Assembly (NCBI GenBank): GCA_965203295.1
Contig: CBDBCZ010000018.1
Coordinates: 2,272,001-2,336,000, forward strand
Direction of reading: 5' to 3'
Source: Nitrospirales bacterium
Lineage (GTDB): Bacteria; Nitrospirota; Nitrospiria; Nitrospirales; UBA8639
DNA: 64,000 nt
The notes below the pieces were generated by a model. That model had not been told where the DNA came from, did no database searches, and saw only the letters and a program-made list of their open reading frames with translations. This document shows, one piece after another, positions 38,280-52,167 of this stretch (positions are counted from its first letter, which is position 1; each line of letters opens with the position of its first letter). The position numbers were made by a program, and so were the translations under genes.

Positions 38280-39200
38280 GTTAAGTTCTAGTAGGTGGAA
38301 GAATGCCCTCTTCCACCACTTCTTCGAAGAGGGCTGGAAACAATACCATAGAGCGCTGGCCACTTGTGTTCGCACCTCCCACGAAGTGAATATATTCCTC
38401 AATTGTAAGTGGTTTCTGTATCGTTTCCTTTCCTGCAGATGCGCGTCGACTGCATCTCTTTTTATTAACTATAGAGTCCTCATGTACTAGTGTACTACAA
38501 CTCTTCTGACCTCTTTCTTTGCTGCTGCATGCTTAAGGACACAAGGATGTTCCATCAATAGAACACAGCTCCCAAGCCCAAGGAGACATTTGTACAGGTA
38601 CAGGAAATTGTTAAAGTGCATGGTACTCTTCATTTACTACTAGGCAAGTTAATTGTCCAATGACAACTCAAGTCCTTTTTTCTCTTCCTTTCCACAGTAC
38701 TTCCAGTTGCTGCCGTACGTATCCCATTTTTGAGTTTGTACCCCATTCTTTGGTTTCTTGGGAAGGAGGGGATGTCCCTTGAAACTAAACTGGCCTCGTC
38801 ACTGGACAGCCGCTTCTGGAGTACAAACATGGAAAGCTACTAATCAGAGGCTCCATGAAACGATAAATCTTGAAAAGCTTATCGCAACAAGGTTGTTCTC
38901 AAACAGCCTGCTGGGTGTCAATAGCCAGTTGATCAAGAATTTCAAAAAAAAGAAACAGTCATGGGAGAGTAAGCTAAAAGAGATGCAGTGGGGTAAAGAA
39001 GTGCCAGCAGGTGCTACAGTAGTCCTTCAGTGAGGGCAGGCACACTATACCCATTGTGATGACAAGTACTATCACCCACAGGAGCTCAATTTTCGCTTGA
39101 CCAAGTCGTGTGCCCTTGCTCATGGATGATTGTTCAAGTGGTCCTGATATGCCTCTAAACACATTGCTACCCACAGTGGTTCACTCATCCAACACACTCT
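38280..39200 (-). pseudogene. Decayed piggyBac transposase
   Basis: MGIVCLPSLKDYCST (cf. MG..LP..DYWS), LSSDE...GYK, KKWWKRAFFHLLE in broken frames. Confidence 0.78.
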
Positions 39201-41854
39201 ACGTAAGGCTGTGTGTACGTGCTAGAGTGTTGTTCGAGGCCACCACATAATCATACAAACGCAAATGGACTTCTTATGTGGGAGAACAGCTATGGCTGAA
39301 ACACGAGGAGAACAATGAGAATGATCAGAAAACGGTAGCCGTTGTGAAAGACAACATCTTCAAATATCGCAGAAGGCTCATCTGGCACAAGAAATATAGC
39401 TGTAGTACTCACTATGATAACTTTACGAGTAACGCTCACATCAGAGAAACGTGTCCGCTACAGCATGGCGCGTGTTACAATGATCTAATCTTCTCCGCGA
39501 CAAAATGTATTTATTGCATTCTAATTTTTTTGCGAGCTTGCAAAAACAATTGCATTCGCAATTATCACAATTAAAACCAGTCATACCGCATATGGAGTTC
39601 AAGGGTTAAACCTTCCTCTCATTTGAACTTACCATTATGGCATTTACTATGTCATTGTTGTTGTTCTTCAGGGCCTTAACAGCCTAGAAAGAAAGGGATA
39701 GAAGTCATCCAGCAATCAAATTAAGTATATGATACACACTGACCTTTGATCTTGTTACATTTGCTTGCTGCATAACCAGTTCAATATCCTTCTCCTCTAC
39801 ACCAGTATCATCAATCTATGAGTGAATTTACTCATACATTAAGCCATGTAATTCAGACCCACATTCAAAATGAGCCTCAAGCTTTATACACAAGGCTTTA
39901 TTACTATGTATGCCAAAATTATCATCCAAGGGTGCAACTGTAGGACATGGACTTCTGCTCGCACACCAGACATACAGTGGGCCAACAGCAGGAATACAGG
40001 CCTATACAATTATTCACTCCATTTATAGTCTTGTAACTGTGGAAACCCTTAGTTACAGATTTTAGCTCTCACCAAAACGTCAGAGTGCGCGAGAACCTAG
40101 CAAACGATTGATTACAGGGAACAATGACAGGAACCCCCCAACTACATACTTTCTTTTCGGCTTGCCATGGGCAGGGTTGCAATATGGATTACTCACGCCA
40201 GAATCAGGTTAGGTCAAGTGGCTTGGCCCAATTGTGACATTTTGATGAAACATATCAGTTACAGCTAACTCTAGGGATGGTTTTTGGGCACCTGTTGGCA
40301 AGTAGGCAAAACTGGTCGAGTGTAAGACATCGAAGCAAGTACAGACCATTCTTCCAAAGGTGAGCAAGCAGCATACACATACTGCGGGGAGCATTTCAGC
40401 TCTCTCTCAAAAATGCAATCGTATGTCACAGTCATGCATGGTGTGAAATGTCCTGCAGAGGGCCATGCCTGCAGGCTAGTATGCCCTCAGCAGAGGCTTT
40501 TCACATTCAGCTTTTATCAGACCATGAGAGAAAACCATACACAATAAAGGCAGCATCCACAGGATGAAACAATTAACAAGCAACGACTAGCTTGGCTATT
40601 ATAAAGGGCAAAGGGAAATCTGGAATATACTGTAGAGCTATTAAATTTGGTAGCTCGGTAACTTACACCCGTCATATTTCATACTTTGGCAGCGGTCTCA
40701 CTTGACAAAAGAGTAATTCTCACCTTTTCATTTTCTGATTCTTCTCCACCTTCAACAGGTGCTGTCTCCTGTTCAGCCTCTTTAGTAGCCACAGCCGATG
40801 CTTCAGGAGCCTTAAATTTCTCTGCAGCCTATGCAAAAGAAATTATTTATTAGTTACACAATTATCTTATCATTACCTCCACCACATTGGCTAAGTTTGT
40901 TATTTGGATAAAAGTAGCATAGTGCAGGCTCTTGCAGAGGAGAGAAGAGCCTGGTACACATGCTCAGTTCCCCAGGAGGTCTGGGAATTGGGAAACTAGT
41001 GAATGAAATTTTTAATTATCTGCCCGTTGTCATCATATTGTCTGTAACATAGTTTGTGCATAGGTCGCCATGTAGATCCCTAATAAGTGATTACATACAT
41101 GATTGTACTATTTCGATTCTTCAAATCTGTTTGCATCTGAAAGACCTAGAAGGTCAGATCTGTGATGGAAATATGTAATTTACAGCCACTACTAAAAGGT
41201 TAACACTTCCTGAGTTTATGACATACCATAATCATAGTGGCTTGAAAGGTGTAGGCCCTATTGCAAAGCCATTTCACCAATTTTGTTGGGTAAAAATTTT
41301 AACCGGTGAAAGTTTTTAGCTGCGAAAGTTAAGCTGACCATCGACTACCGGTATGGCTCTGCGGCGTTATTTGCAGGTTCAGCCACGTGGACAGCTCCCT
41401 GATCCAAAGGGGGCGCTGTCATCTTCGTTGCCATTGTCGGCAAATGTGGAAGCGAACGCAGCTGCTTACCAGTGCTTGGCACCAAGAAGAGGCTACAAAG
41501 GCGAAGAGAAGGCCTTATATGAAGCTAAGTAATGAACTGAAGTCCAAATCGCTAGTGACAACTGAGATTCTGCGGCAGCAAGACCATTTTCCAAGCCGCT
41601 CGAGACTGCTAAACTGCCGTTTTGAAAGGAATAATAATAATTATTAACAATGCCGTGGAATTTAATTTCGCTCAATCGCATGTGCGCGAAAATTAGTCTG
41701 GCAAAATTTTCCCGTAATACTATACATCTGGGTTATGGCAAAATGTTTCCTAGCGAAAATTTCCCGCTATATGGTACTCTTTACCACGTGGTTGAGACAG
41801 CTCACAGATACATTTACTGACTTTTCTTGTGCTTACCCAACCCGTACATGTATA

Positions 41855-42975
41855 GCTTATCATCTCTTGAAGAGTTTGCAATGTGAATACCGTATTTCCG
41901 CGAACAGACGCCGTCCTCGATTAGTAGCCGCCCTCGAATTATAGCCGCACCTCCGGAAGTGCTGAACAAAATTGTGGTCGCCCTCGATTAGTAGCCGCAG
42001 CTAAAATTCAAGTACTCTGGTAGGAATAACCAAGATGTAGCAACTACAGTAGAGTAATACTTGACTTTGCTAGCTAACAATTGTTGGACCTCACCTTTGC
42101 CTTCTTCGAGGTTGCGAAGGGATGAGAGCCCGACGGAGGCTGCCCGCGAATCTATATTTTCAATATCTCTCACCTCAAAAAACAGCTGGCATTGCAGCAT
42201 GACGGCTTTTCGATAGTGTTGAGGCACGAACTGCGATTTTCAAACGGATTTAAACTGCTGTTGTGCATCGCTGTGTAACCAGTAAACCGCTCAATCTAAT
42301 AAACGCCACCCTCGATTAGTGGCCGCCCTCGAATAGTGGCCGCGGAAAATCGCGTGATGAAATAAATAGTAGCCGTGGTGTCTGATCGCGGAAATACGGT
42401 ACATACTTTTCAGTTTTATGTGTCTTTGGTGGATTTATTACCCTGGCAGACTAATCCAGGCTAAGTTTGGGTGTAGCACGTTTATCGTGTTTAGGAGATG
42501 GGGGGAGAGGCCTAATGAGAAAGTAATTATAGTAAGAATTGGCCGGGTCCTACTGGCAAGTGCTACTAGCACGTTTAGTGGCTATATAAAGCTTGCCTAC
42601 TGCTCCTCTGCCAAAGAGGCTCCAGTAGCTCAGTTGGTCCTGGGTTCAATCCCCAGCTGGGTCCCACTTTTTTGGGGATTTCTTTATTCCTTCAGAAAGC
42701 TTATCATCTCTTGAAGAGTTTGCAATGTGACTACTTAGTTTTCAGTCTTGTGCCTTTGGTGGTTTAAATACTCCCGGCAGACTGATCCATGCTAAGCTTT
42801 GGTGTAGCACGTTTATCGTGTTTAGGAAATGGGGGGAGAGGCTTAGTGAGAGAGTAATTACAGTTGGAATTGGCTGAGTCCTACTGGCAAGTGGTACTAG
42901 CGGGTTCAGTGGCTATGTATAAAGCTTGCCTACTGCTCCTCTGCCAAAGGGGCTCCAGTAGCTCAGTTGGTAAGA
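41855..42975 (+). repeat. Tandem copies of the tRNA-like cassette repeat
   Basis: gtgtagcacgtttatcgtgtttagg...ggctccagtagctcagttggt at about 42472 and 42802; gcttatcatctcttgaagagtttgcaatgtga at about 41855 and 42700. Confidence 0.85.
41890..42399. mobile_element. Tc1/pogo-like MITE (TA TSD)
   Basis: ta|ccgtatttccgcga ... tcgcggaaatacgg|ta; internal gccgccctcga repeats. Confidence 0.9.
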
Positions 42976-43826
42976 CAATTTTGCGAGGGGGAAGAGCCAA
43001 AGGCCTGGGCAGGAGATATTAGTAGCTTCAGGATCGTTTATAGTGCTTCTCCAACTACAGTTTGCACCATTAATTGTGCCAGGTATAAATGATAACTCCG
43101 ATAAGAATAACCTACATGCACACATTCACATTCTAAGTAACACTGTGGCGTTAAAAACTACTATATACAGTAAAGTATCTGTAGTACCTGTATTTGAGCT
43201 TGAGAGCTCAGGTCCTCAATCTACAAATAGAGAACACACAAATTGAGGATACAAATTCACTCTGATTTTATGTCAATGACATACATGTACATGCACCAAT
43301 TATGAATGAGACAAGTAAAACAAGGGCTAGTAGGCATCCCTCCCAATAAAATAAGGCTGTTATGAACATGCTGAGCCTGATAGGCGAATGGCATTCAAGT
43401 TAAACATTCTCAACCCATCCGCACTAACAGTTTGGGGGCAGGTCTTCCTTAGGAACAGCTGATTAATACTGGTGGGATCCTGACCCCACACCAACTACAA
43501 CTTACTGTGGTGCACAGCAATTGAATTAACCACCACATTTTGTACTGGCACCCTGCCAGATTTGGTGAGTGCAGTGGTGCTTAGCTTAACTGCTTCCCCA
43601 GTACCCCCAATATCTTGATATTCATGAAGAGCATAATATCACCATGCATAAGCCACAGAGTTGAATAATTTATACAGAAATCTTCAAGACTCTTGAAGCA
43701 AAATATACATGTAGCAGTTGCTACAGTGATTTCCTGTTGAAGCTATATACAGATGTAGCAGATGCTACAGTGATTTACCACTAATACATGCACAGACAAG
43801 TGAAGCTTTTGTGGCCTGCAGTATCA

Positions 43827-44066
<240 letters not shown>

Positions 44067-45114
44067 TCACTTCTGCTCTGTTTAGCCTTGCTTAAGGCCT
44101 CTTGTGAAATTCCTGCTGCTGTTGCTGCTGCCATCTTCTGGGGATCATCAAGATCTGGATCCATTTCATCTTCATCTTCATCACTCTCACTTCCGCTGAC
44201 ACTGCACGACTCTTACAGAATGAGATGGTAACAGATCCATATAAATGGCTGTATTGCCACTAGCAATGAAACGTGTAAACAGCATAGAGAGCAGGATTTC
44301 AGATGGGAGGGACACACTGGGATCTCCCTCTCCATCTCTCCCCATGCAAGAATCATATGATAACATCATTTCCTTAACCCTTTTTCTAATTGGACTATGA
44401 ACATTGGGTAGGCAGGGCAGCTACCTTTACATTCTGGAGGGCATACATATAGCTACTACAATTTCACTGGGTTTCGAATGCTGGCAGGTTCATGCTAGCT
44501 GGCTTGGCAGGGGCCATTCTTCTGCTGGTAAACTGTATGTATGATTGCATGCAATATCTACTGCCATATAGTATGGATATGTACCTCTTTACAGCAAGTA
44601 AATGCACACAACTCACCTTCCATCTCCTCAACTGGTTCTTCTGTGCTATTCTTAGGCCTATGAAAGAGCAACCATCATTTATGTGTGTTAAGTCCTCGAA
44701 ATTGCAGGCATTCAGATATTGGTCAGCCAAAGTAAAGGGGCCAAAGAGGTCAATTGGAGGTGCTGGAATGACCTCAGCATGACACAGTCATCGATCACAG
44801 CACTTTCCCATCTCTTCTCATTATCAAAACATGTTTGGTCACTAGCATTACACAACTGTAGGTGTGTACTACACCACCAAATCAGAAATTGTGGCAAGAC
44901 TCAAGGGGGAGGGGACACTCTCCCAGACTTAATCTGTAGTCACAACCACTCAAAGCTATGACTTCCTGTGGTTTGACTGCTCAACAATTTTGGCCCCAAC
45001 CATATGAGGGACTTTCCCTAAAGCCTGCAAAAACTGAAGACTACATTCATTCTTAAAAAAGACATGATACTGACAGCATTTCTAAATGTGCTTTGACTGT
45101 TCACAACTAATTAA

Positions 45115-45750
45115 CTCATTGCACGCCGTAATTACGTCACGCGCGTGATGCTCCACGCTATAATTTCTACAACAATGGCGTACTAAAAGTTTTAGTTCAC
45201 TGTTTGGCTATTTTTATGCTTACCAACTCAAGTATCCAGCGAATTCTGCTTTGTACTTGTTGGGAAACTACCAACTACAGCCATTGAAGGCAAAAAGGGC
45301 GGCGAATTGGAGCCAAGAAGGGCTTCAGGATCGATAACCGGATACACGGTAAGTTTGATATGAACCTGTTGTCTCCACGCTCAGGCGGCAAAGAACGATG
45401 GTCCTACTAAAGCCCCCGACTCTCCCCTGAACCAGTTACCATCGTATCTGCCAGTGAAGTTGACTACAGAGACCAACTAACTGTGCAGCAATGTAGGTAG
45501 CCATAGCTAGTCGCCTTGATCGGTTGTATATTTTGCCGTATGTATCCGTTCTATTACAGATTAGATCGACTTTCGGCACACTTACATCATTATTAGTAAT
45601 CACTCTACTCAATTTTATGGCTAATAAAGGAAGGGGTTGCCCCTCCTGGCTGTACAGTTAACTTGCTGTTTCTAACGCCACTATAGTGGCTTGTGGCGTA
45701 GCGGAAGGATTACGTAATATCCAATTAAGTGGCTTATGGTGTGCAATGGG
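45115..45750. mobile_element. piggyBac-like MITE related to 25429-26086
   Basis: ttaa|ctcattgcac ... gtgcaatggg|gtaa; shared internal blocks tttggctatttt and cttcaggatcgat. Confidence 0.68.
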
Positions 45751-45980
45751 GTAACCCATTGAGCATGATAGGCGTAGTTATACCTCTATACTTGTATATA
45801 CCATAGTTGTAAGTCACTTGAAAGGCACTGCCACAGTGTACAAACCACAGTGTACAAACCCCATGTACTTAGGCGGTGCCTTTCAAGCCAGGGTACATAA
45901 GGGTTGCTGGGCATCTGTGGCTTCTTCTCAAAACTGTGAAACAATTAGCGGGTACTATAAAAGCTACTATGGCACAAGTC

Positions 45981-46120
45981 ATCTGTACCACGGGTTTCAA
46001 AGGTGTATGGGATTTGTACTATAGTGCAGTTGTATGTCTTCCCTGGGCTTCGCCCTCAGGAAGACATACAACTGCCCTCAGGTACAAATCCCATACACCT
46101 TTGAAACCCACGGTACAAAT
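45981..46120. repeat. 140-bp palindromic element (Crypton-like, gggcttcgccc loop)
   Basis: gggtttcaaaggtgtatgggatttgtac / gtacaaatcccatacacctttgaaaccc arms. Confidence 0.75.
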
Positions 46121-46907
46121 ATAACATGTACAAATTACTTCTGCCTACCATGACAGATATACGCCTAGTGACAACTCCCATGCAAATAAGTGTGGCAAGG
46201 GGTTAGACCCAGTCAATATAAAATGTAGCTGCGGGAGGGGGAGAACCCAATACACTTTAGCAATCATTCTGAAGCTCTGGCTTTTGTGCTTAGCTTCTAT
46301 CGAGACTTCTACATGTATACTGCTGTATATACTGCAGGATTGACAAGCCTTTTAGCATTTGTAAGGCCCAAAGTGGGTTCTAGCTGTAAGCCTAGTACCT
46401 ATCAACCAAGTGACTCACCAGCTAGAGGGCAGAAATTGACAGGACATGAAAAGAGACACTACCAAGGTTAAGCTTTCAAATGAAAAGACTTGTACCATTT
46501 CTATCCACTAGGGTTATTGCTTACAGCGGAGCGGCCAAGGCCGCGGAGTGTAGAGTACTACGTATTTTGGGTTTGTAGTGTAGTAAAATGTAATGTACAT
46601 GTAATATTCGACCACAATACGTGACATAGTACTCGCTTCAGGGGGCCTTCTGTAGAGTGGTGTGGTAGGCTGAGTGGAGTAGTTTCTATACTGCAGAACT
46701 AGTCTTGTGCCCAGCCTCACCTCAGAAAGGTGGGTCTGGTGCCCTGTATATTCAAAGTTGGGCAGTATTACTTCAGCGATTCCACTTCTCAACCGGCAAT
46801 GCAATTGGTTTATTCTGGTATTATATCACCAAACGGATATCACATTTGCAGTAGGCAGTAGGCGCCACGTGGATACTGAAACTGTGACATCCGTTTGGGT
46901 GATGTGC

Positions 46908-47511
46908 TAGCCTCGTGCCCAGGCTCATTGCATGGAGGAAAATTTGAGCCTGGTACACACTGTTCGCGCATGCGCAAGAATTTACGGAAAAGAGTCAGTA
47001 AACGTATTCGTGAATGACCTCAGCCACGTGGTAAGGAGTAGTACGGAGCAGCATACATGTATAGTAAGCGGAAGAACTAGAAATTAGCTCGTTCTGCCTT
47101 TTTCCAACTTCAGATAGCTTTGAAACCAGTTTAAAAATAGCAATAAGACCTGTACCTTTCTATCCGCTAGGTTTATGGTACATGTCTTACCGCAAAAATT
47201 CAGAGGCGCCTCCCTTTTGGTAGTGGCTCGATTTTCGATCGCAGATCTGGTCTTCTAGGCCTTCCAGAAGCAAACGGGATCGAAGAATCAAACTAGCAAT
47301 CACCTTTTTTAGGCATCTACATGGCTTAAAATGCTCCCAGATGCTTATAACTCGCCAACTACTCTAGTGTAACGAACAGTGATAGACGGATAAGCGCTGT
47401 AGTATCTGCTAGTTTCCAAGACCCCAGAAATCCAGGGGGAACTGAGCATGCGCAAACAGTGTGTACCAGGCTCAATTTGCCTCCCACGCAATGAGCCTGG
47501 GCACGAGGCTA
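46908..47511. mobile_element. AcademH-like MITE, 9-bp TSD
   Basis: tagcctcgtgcccaggctcattg / caatgagcctgggcacgaggcta; TSD gtgatgtgc. Confidence 0.92.
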
Positions 47512-48247
47512 GTGATGTGCATGTCTTTAATACAGAGGTGTCCTTATTTCAGGGGTGTCCTTTAAGAGGGGTTCCAATGTATACTGCCTCCGTACCACGT
47601 GGTTGAGGTAATTCACGGATACATTTGCTGTATTCCTTGCACAGTGTATCAGGCTCTACTTTCCTCCCCCGCAAGAACCTGGTCACAAGGCTACCTCCAA
47701 GGTAGCCATTTTACCAAGGTAAACAACCTAAAGCACTACAAAACTTTGAGCTCATGTATCTAGGCAAAAATCAATGAACAAGTGTGGTGTGGCGTGGAAG
47801 TCATGAACAATAAATTATGATTGCGACTGGTCTATGGGAGTGCTTCCAGGCCTAGACACCAAATTTAGCACACACATCAATCACGAACTCAAACAGCTAG
47901 TTAGACAATACCTCAACAGTCAATACCTATGGACATGCCCCATGAAAATGTTACTAAGCGTCTGGATTATGTATCAGCATAGGGGAAGGAGGTATATTAT
48001 CTATGGTATCAGTTATTACAAGAGATTTAAGGACAACGTGAGGGAATAAAGAACTCTTAAACCTGAAATACATGCTTCAACGCTACAGTATCAGACACCA
48101 AAAACACTGGATATGTAGCTTACATGATGGATTCACTTCGATCAAGACTCCACTCTCTAAGGCAAATCGTAAGCACGTGGAACGTCAAAGGGACACGTGG
48201 ACCGCTTAATTAATGTCCGTGCACGCTATACGAGTGCTGCAGCCAGT

Positions 48248-48404
48248 ATGGAGGAATTAGGATCTCCAGCAAGGCGACTAGCTGTGATCCCAGGCCATCT
48301 GAACGGTGGAACGGAAATTCACCCCAGTGCATGTGTTGCTGTGAGATCTAGTGTTCCGATTTCCAGCAGCAAGCAGAAGTACAGAAGGCCTTACCCCGGC
48401 GAAG
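48248..48404 (+). CDS. Putative first coding exon of a PTS2-targeted peroxisomal protein (orphan exon)
   Basis: agtATGg start; MEELGSPARRLAVIPGHL contains RL-x5-HL; ends at donor AG|gtatgc. Confidence 0.55.
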
Positions 48405-48450
48405 GTATGCGTGCTGCTGTAAATTTAGTGTTCATGGTAGTTGTATAGAC

Positions 48451-48467
48451 CATAGATTGTATCTATG
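48451..48467. mobile_element. 17-bp CATAGA palindromic insertion, 7-bp TSD tatagac
   Basis: tatagac[catagattgtatctatg]tatagac. Confidence 0.82.
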
Positions 48468-48687
48468 TATAGACATGCTGGATGCATTGTAGACCCACCT
48501 AGTCGTAGGACTCGTAACTGATCGTGGGCGACTTTTAATATGAACGAACCCCTCCCCCTTTCTCATAGTGCCAGGTTATGAGCTACTACTAGCTCCTAAA
48601 AATAAATGATATTTTGCCAGGAATATACACGCATAATGTCCCTCAGCAAATTAGGCAGGACTTGTTACACTGTAAGTAGTCCCCCCC

Positions 48688-48803
48688 TAGTCTAGTTAGC
48701 TATCCCCAACTTCTACCCACCTTGGGATCGCTTGCAGGATCTTGGCCGAGATCCTGCAAGCGATGCCAAGGTGGGTAGAAGTTGGGGATAGCTAGCTAGA
48801 CTA
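48688..48803. mobile_element. 116-bp near-perfect palindrome, TAG..CTA ends, 9-bp TSD-like flanks
   Basis: Arms pair over the whole length with few mismatches; flanks gtccccccc / gtcctcccc. Confidence 0.8.
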
Positions 48804-49439
48804 GTCCTCCCCCCACCCTCCACAGTGGTCCCTCCAGACCATCTGTCACAGAATAATTGGTTCCCCTCGGACCATCTGTGGCACTGTACATGGTCCCACT
48901 TTATCGTAAATGGTCCCCCCATTTATCCAGCTACAAATGCCATCTCAATTGCTCTGAAACTGTAACTTTGATTGATGGAAGACAGCTAGTAATAGCAACA
49001 GTTGTATTGTCCTTGGCATCACCCAGGATAAATCATTTTATGCATGCAAGATTTTTTTTTAAGTAGCATGTGGACAACTAGCTAGCTGTCGCTGCAAATT
49101 TAATTTACCCCGTGGAAGTAGCAATGGAGTAAAATTTCATGCGTGTACGGTTTTTACGCTCATAACTCGACAACACGGTAATGGGAGGCCACAAAAGCTA
49201 TGCAGGGCTAGAGTATAGAAACTGGAGAAAGCCCAGAAACAAAGTTTTGTCGGTGTGTGCAGTATTTCCACCGTACAGGCGCTATATTTACTAACCAGCT
49301 TGAAATGCATTCACGGTAAATCTCTCCGAATCCAAGAGACAGATGCTGCTAATGCCACGGCTGTATCTGTAGGTCTATAGGGTGCATGTCCAGACATCGA
49401 GAATGAAGACTTATCGCCCTTCATTAGAGAGAAATGGCT

Positions 49440-51019
49440 GCAATTCTGGATTTGTGTAAACGGCTCTGTGCTTTTTCGTGAGTGGGATTTATGGAGCAGA
49501 GTGGGTTTTGATGGGAGTAGTGTTGCTGTGGAGATTTGGGTTGGCTGTAGCGTGGGGCGTTGTGTTTTGTGAAGTATGTAATCGTTGTGGATGTGGATGT
49601 GAGGGTGGTTGTTGTGGTATAACGGTTGAGGATGGTGATGATTGTGGATGGTGGTATGTGTTGAAGGGTGTTGTGTATGGGTGTGTGGTATGGTTTGTGA
49701 TGGGTGTGGTTGGAAAGATGTAGGGATGGTAGGTACGCGGTAAATACATCGCGCTGTGATGTGTGGGTAGTCTGTGCACGCCTTCCGGTGTGCATTGTCG
49801 CTTGTTTCGTTGGTTTTGGGGAAGTGTTTATTGCTGGAACTGCATCCCTACATGACCGGTTTTTGCACTTTTTGGAAAGTGCTTTTTCTGTAACTTGTTT
49901 TGGGGTGTTTTTTGGGAGATGGCATGAAAGGATTTGGAGTATTATGGAGTGTTGATGTTATTAAGAGTGGGGTTGGCCAGTAGATTTCTGAGTTTGGATT
50001 GTTTTGTGTTTGTGTACAAGGATGTACATGTGGGGTGTTTTATTGTGTATAAATAAGTGTTGTGATGTATAGTGTTGCAGATGTATGGAAGTATGTGAAC
50101 GTGTTGGCACGAGTAGAATGATACTGGGTGTTGTTGAGGTCATCAGTATAAAGTGCAGTGTTGTGTTGGGTGAATTGGGTGAGAAGGTCCTCAAATGCTT
50201 GCTCGAGGTGAACTATGGCAGCTACTTCTGCTTCAGTGACTGTGTTGCACTCACTACTACAGTGCCATTTCACAGGCTACTGGCCCTTACTGCCTTCATA
50301 TTCAGAGCTGCTGATTTCATTGGCTACTACACATCTGCCATTTGTCATCAATGGGAAGTGCACAGGCTCTCTGAACATGCTGATAGGCTGAGTCGTTGAA
50401 CTAGGCATACTGCATGCAAAGTACCTTGTAATTCCAAGAAGATCAGCTAACACACGAATTTCAGGCACTTTCGCACTTCCACTCGAGAAAAGGACCGGAC
50501 AGCACGATCCAAGGTAGGCTTTCAATAGACCACTAAACACGCGCTGGCAGGCAATTTGCGCATGCGTAGTATCTTCCTACAGTAAAACGGCGTGTGAGTG
50601 GCAAGCGTCCACTCGAGAGTGCTCGTTATCACTGCTGAACTAATTCGAATTTTTTTTTAAAACGCTGTGCCCAAAAGGCACTACCCGAGGGTCAATCATG
50701 CCCGTTCATGTTGGAATCTTGCTGATCACTTCGCCCATTCTCGTGTTAGCCTGGCTGAAAGAATCTGACTAAGACCGAGATAGACGGAATCGGCGGTTTT
50801 AACCACTTGCTGCTTTGGCATTTCAGGGATGTTCTTTAGCTGTACTACCACTCTGGTTAGTGATGACCACATCTGAGACTAACTGGTGCGTAGGGCTCTT
50901 ATTTGTCCTAGACTACACCCACAGCAGAGTTTTGAACATGTCATTTAATACGCATTTAATGGGGAGGCCATTTTTTATCAGGGCCATCCCTACATATGGA
51001 GTACTACCGTACTTCATGA
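49440..51019 (-). mobile_element. Helitron-derived element, paralog of 34518-36400
   Basis: A|TCATGAAGTACGGTAGTACTCCATATG start; retains GRCVVA..KWHCSSEC..TEAEVAAIVHLEQAFE; lower boundary approximate. Confidence 0.72.
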
Positions 51020-52167
51020 TAGTGACCAGTTCTCTAGCTAATATCACAGCCGCTTGTAGCCTCTGACTTACCGTAGGTTTCCTCGTGACATCATCAACAT
51101 TACTTCCGGTCGAAATTATAAGAAAGCTTACTGATACTCTTCTGGGTGTTTTTCGAACTCTACTAGAAAACTACAAAGTAGCAGCTGTGTCCGTTCTTTG
51201 AGACACTACCTGAGGCTACTGAAGGGACCAATATATATGCTTTTGGCTATTTTGTATGTCGGAACCCAGAAAAGAGCATTGTAAGTCTTGTTGCTGAGCG
51301 CCTTAGCGCGAGGCAATTAATCTTAAAGTGCGTCGGTCGAATCTGAGCTAGTGTATATATATATATATATGTAAATGTCTGTAACGCTTTCGGCCCAGGG
51401 GACCACCCCGGGGGCAGGCACATATTCAAGATGGCGTCTTCGCCAAGTTACACGGCTTCAAATTTTGTGCTGCTGGTGCATGAACGATCAGAGAGTTAAT
51501 CAAGTCGATCACTGTGTTTTACCAAGGCTGTCTTATTGCAGCTCCAATACCACAAGGGTTTCAGTAGCCTCTGTTTCAGCAGAGACATGATGGCCCGATG
51601 GTATCATGGCAAATCGAGCGCTATGAACAGGAGCAAAGCCCAGTGACTGTGTCAACCATAGCTGTGCCTTGGAAGTGCGTTTCAGACAGAGATATCCGTC
51701 TACTGAAAGCGTAGTCGCGTTGTCGTACCCAGCATATTCAATAACTTCTCTCTTCACACGGACTCGTACTCTAGTGGGTTTGGTCACCTCTCCACGTGTC
51801 TCTGCGCGAGGCCTCACTGCGCATGCGTATGTCTAGTATATATTAGTATATGCATACATGTAGGCCTGCTCTCGAAATTTTCCTTCAAAGTTCACACCTT
51901 CCCAGTGTTAATTCAGCTATTTGCTAGATAGTCTTTGTTGCTAGCTGCTATCTTTTGTCTATTGAGCGCAGTACTCGTTCAAGTTTGTTCGATCGCGGCA
52001 CGTGTGTGTATTGAGTACCTGACAATGGAACACCATTTGGAGTGTCTAGAAAAAGTTATGCAGACTCTGTGGGGCTATCATATCTACCCACCCACAAACA
52101 AATGTTCATGCTCAGTATTAGTGACTGTAGTTAAGAGTTTATATTATTAAGCTGGAAGAATAAATTA

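Noticed and set aside
51380..51452. Mini solo LTR (TGTAAC...GTTACA)
   Set aside because: Only 73 bp, with no TSD, PBS or second copy.
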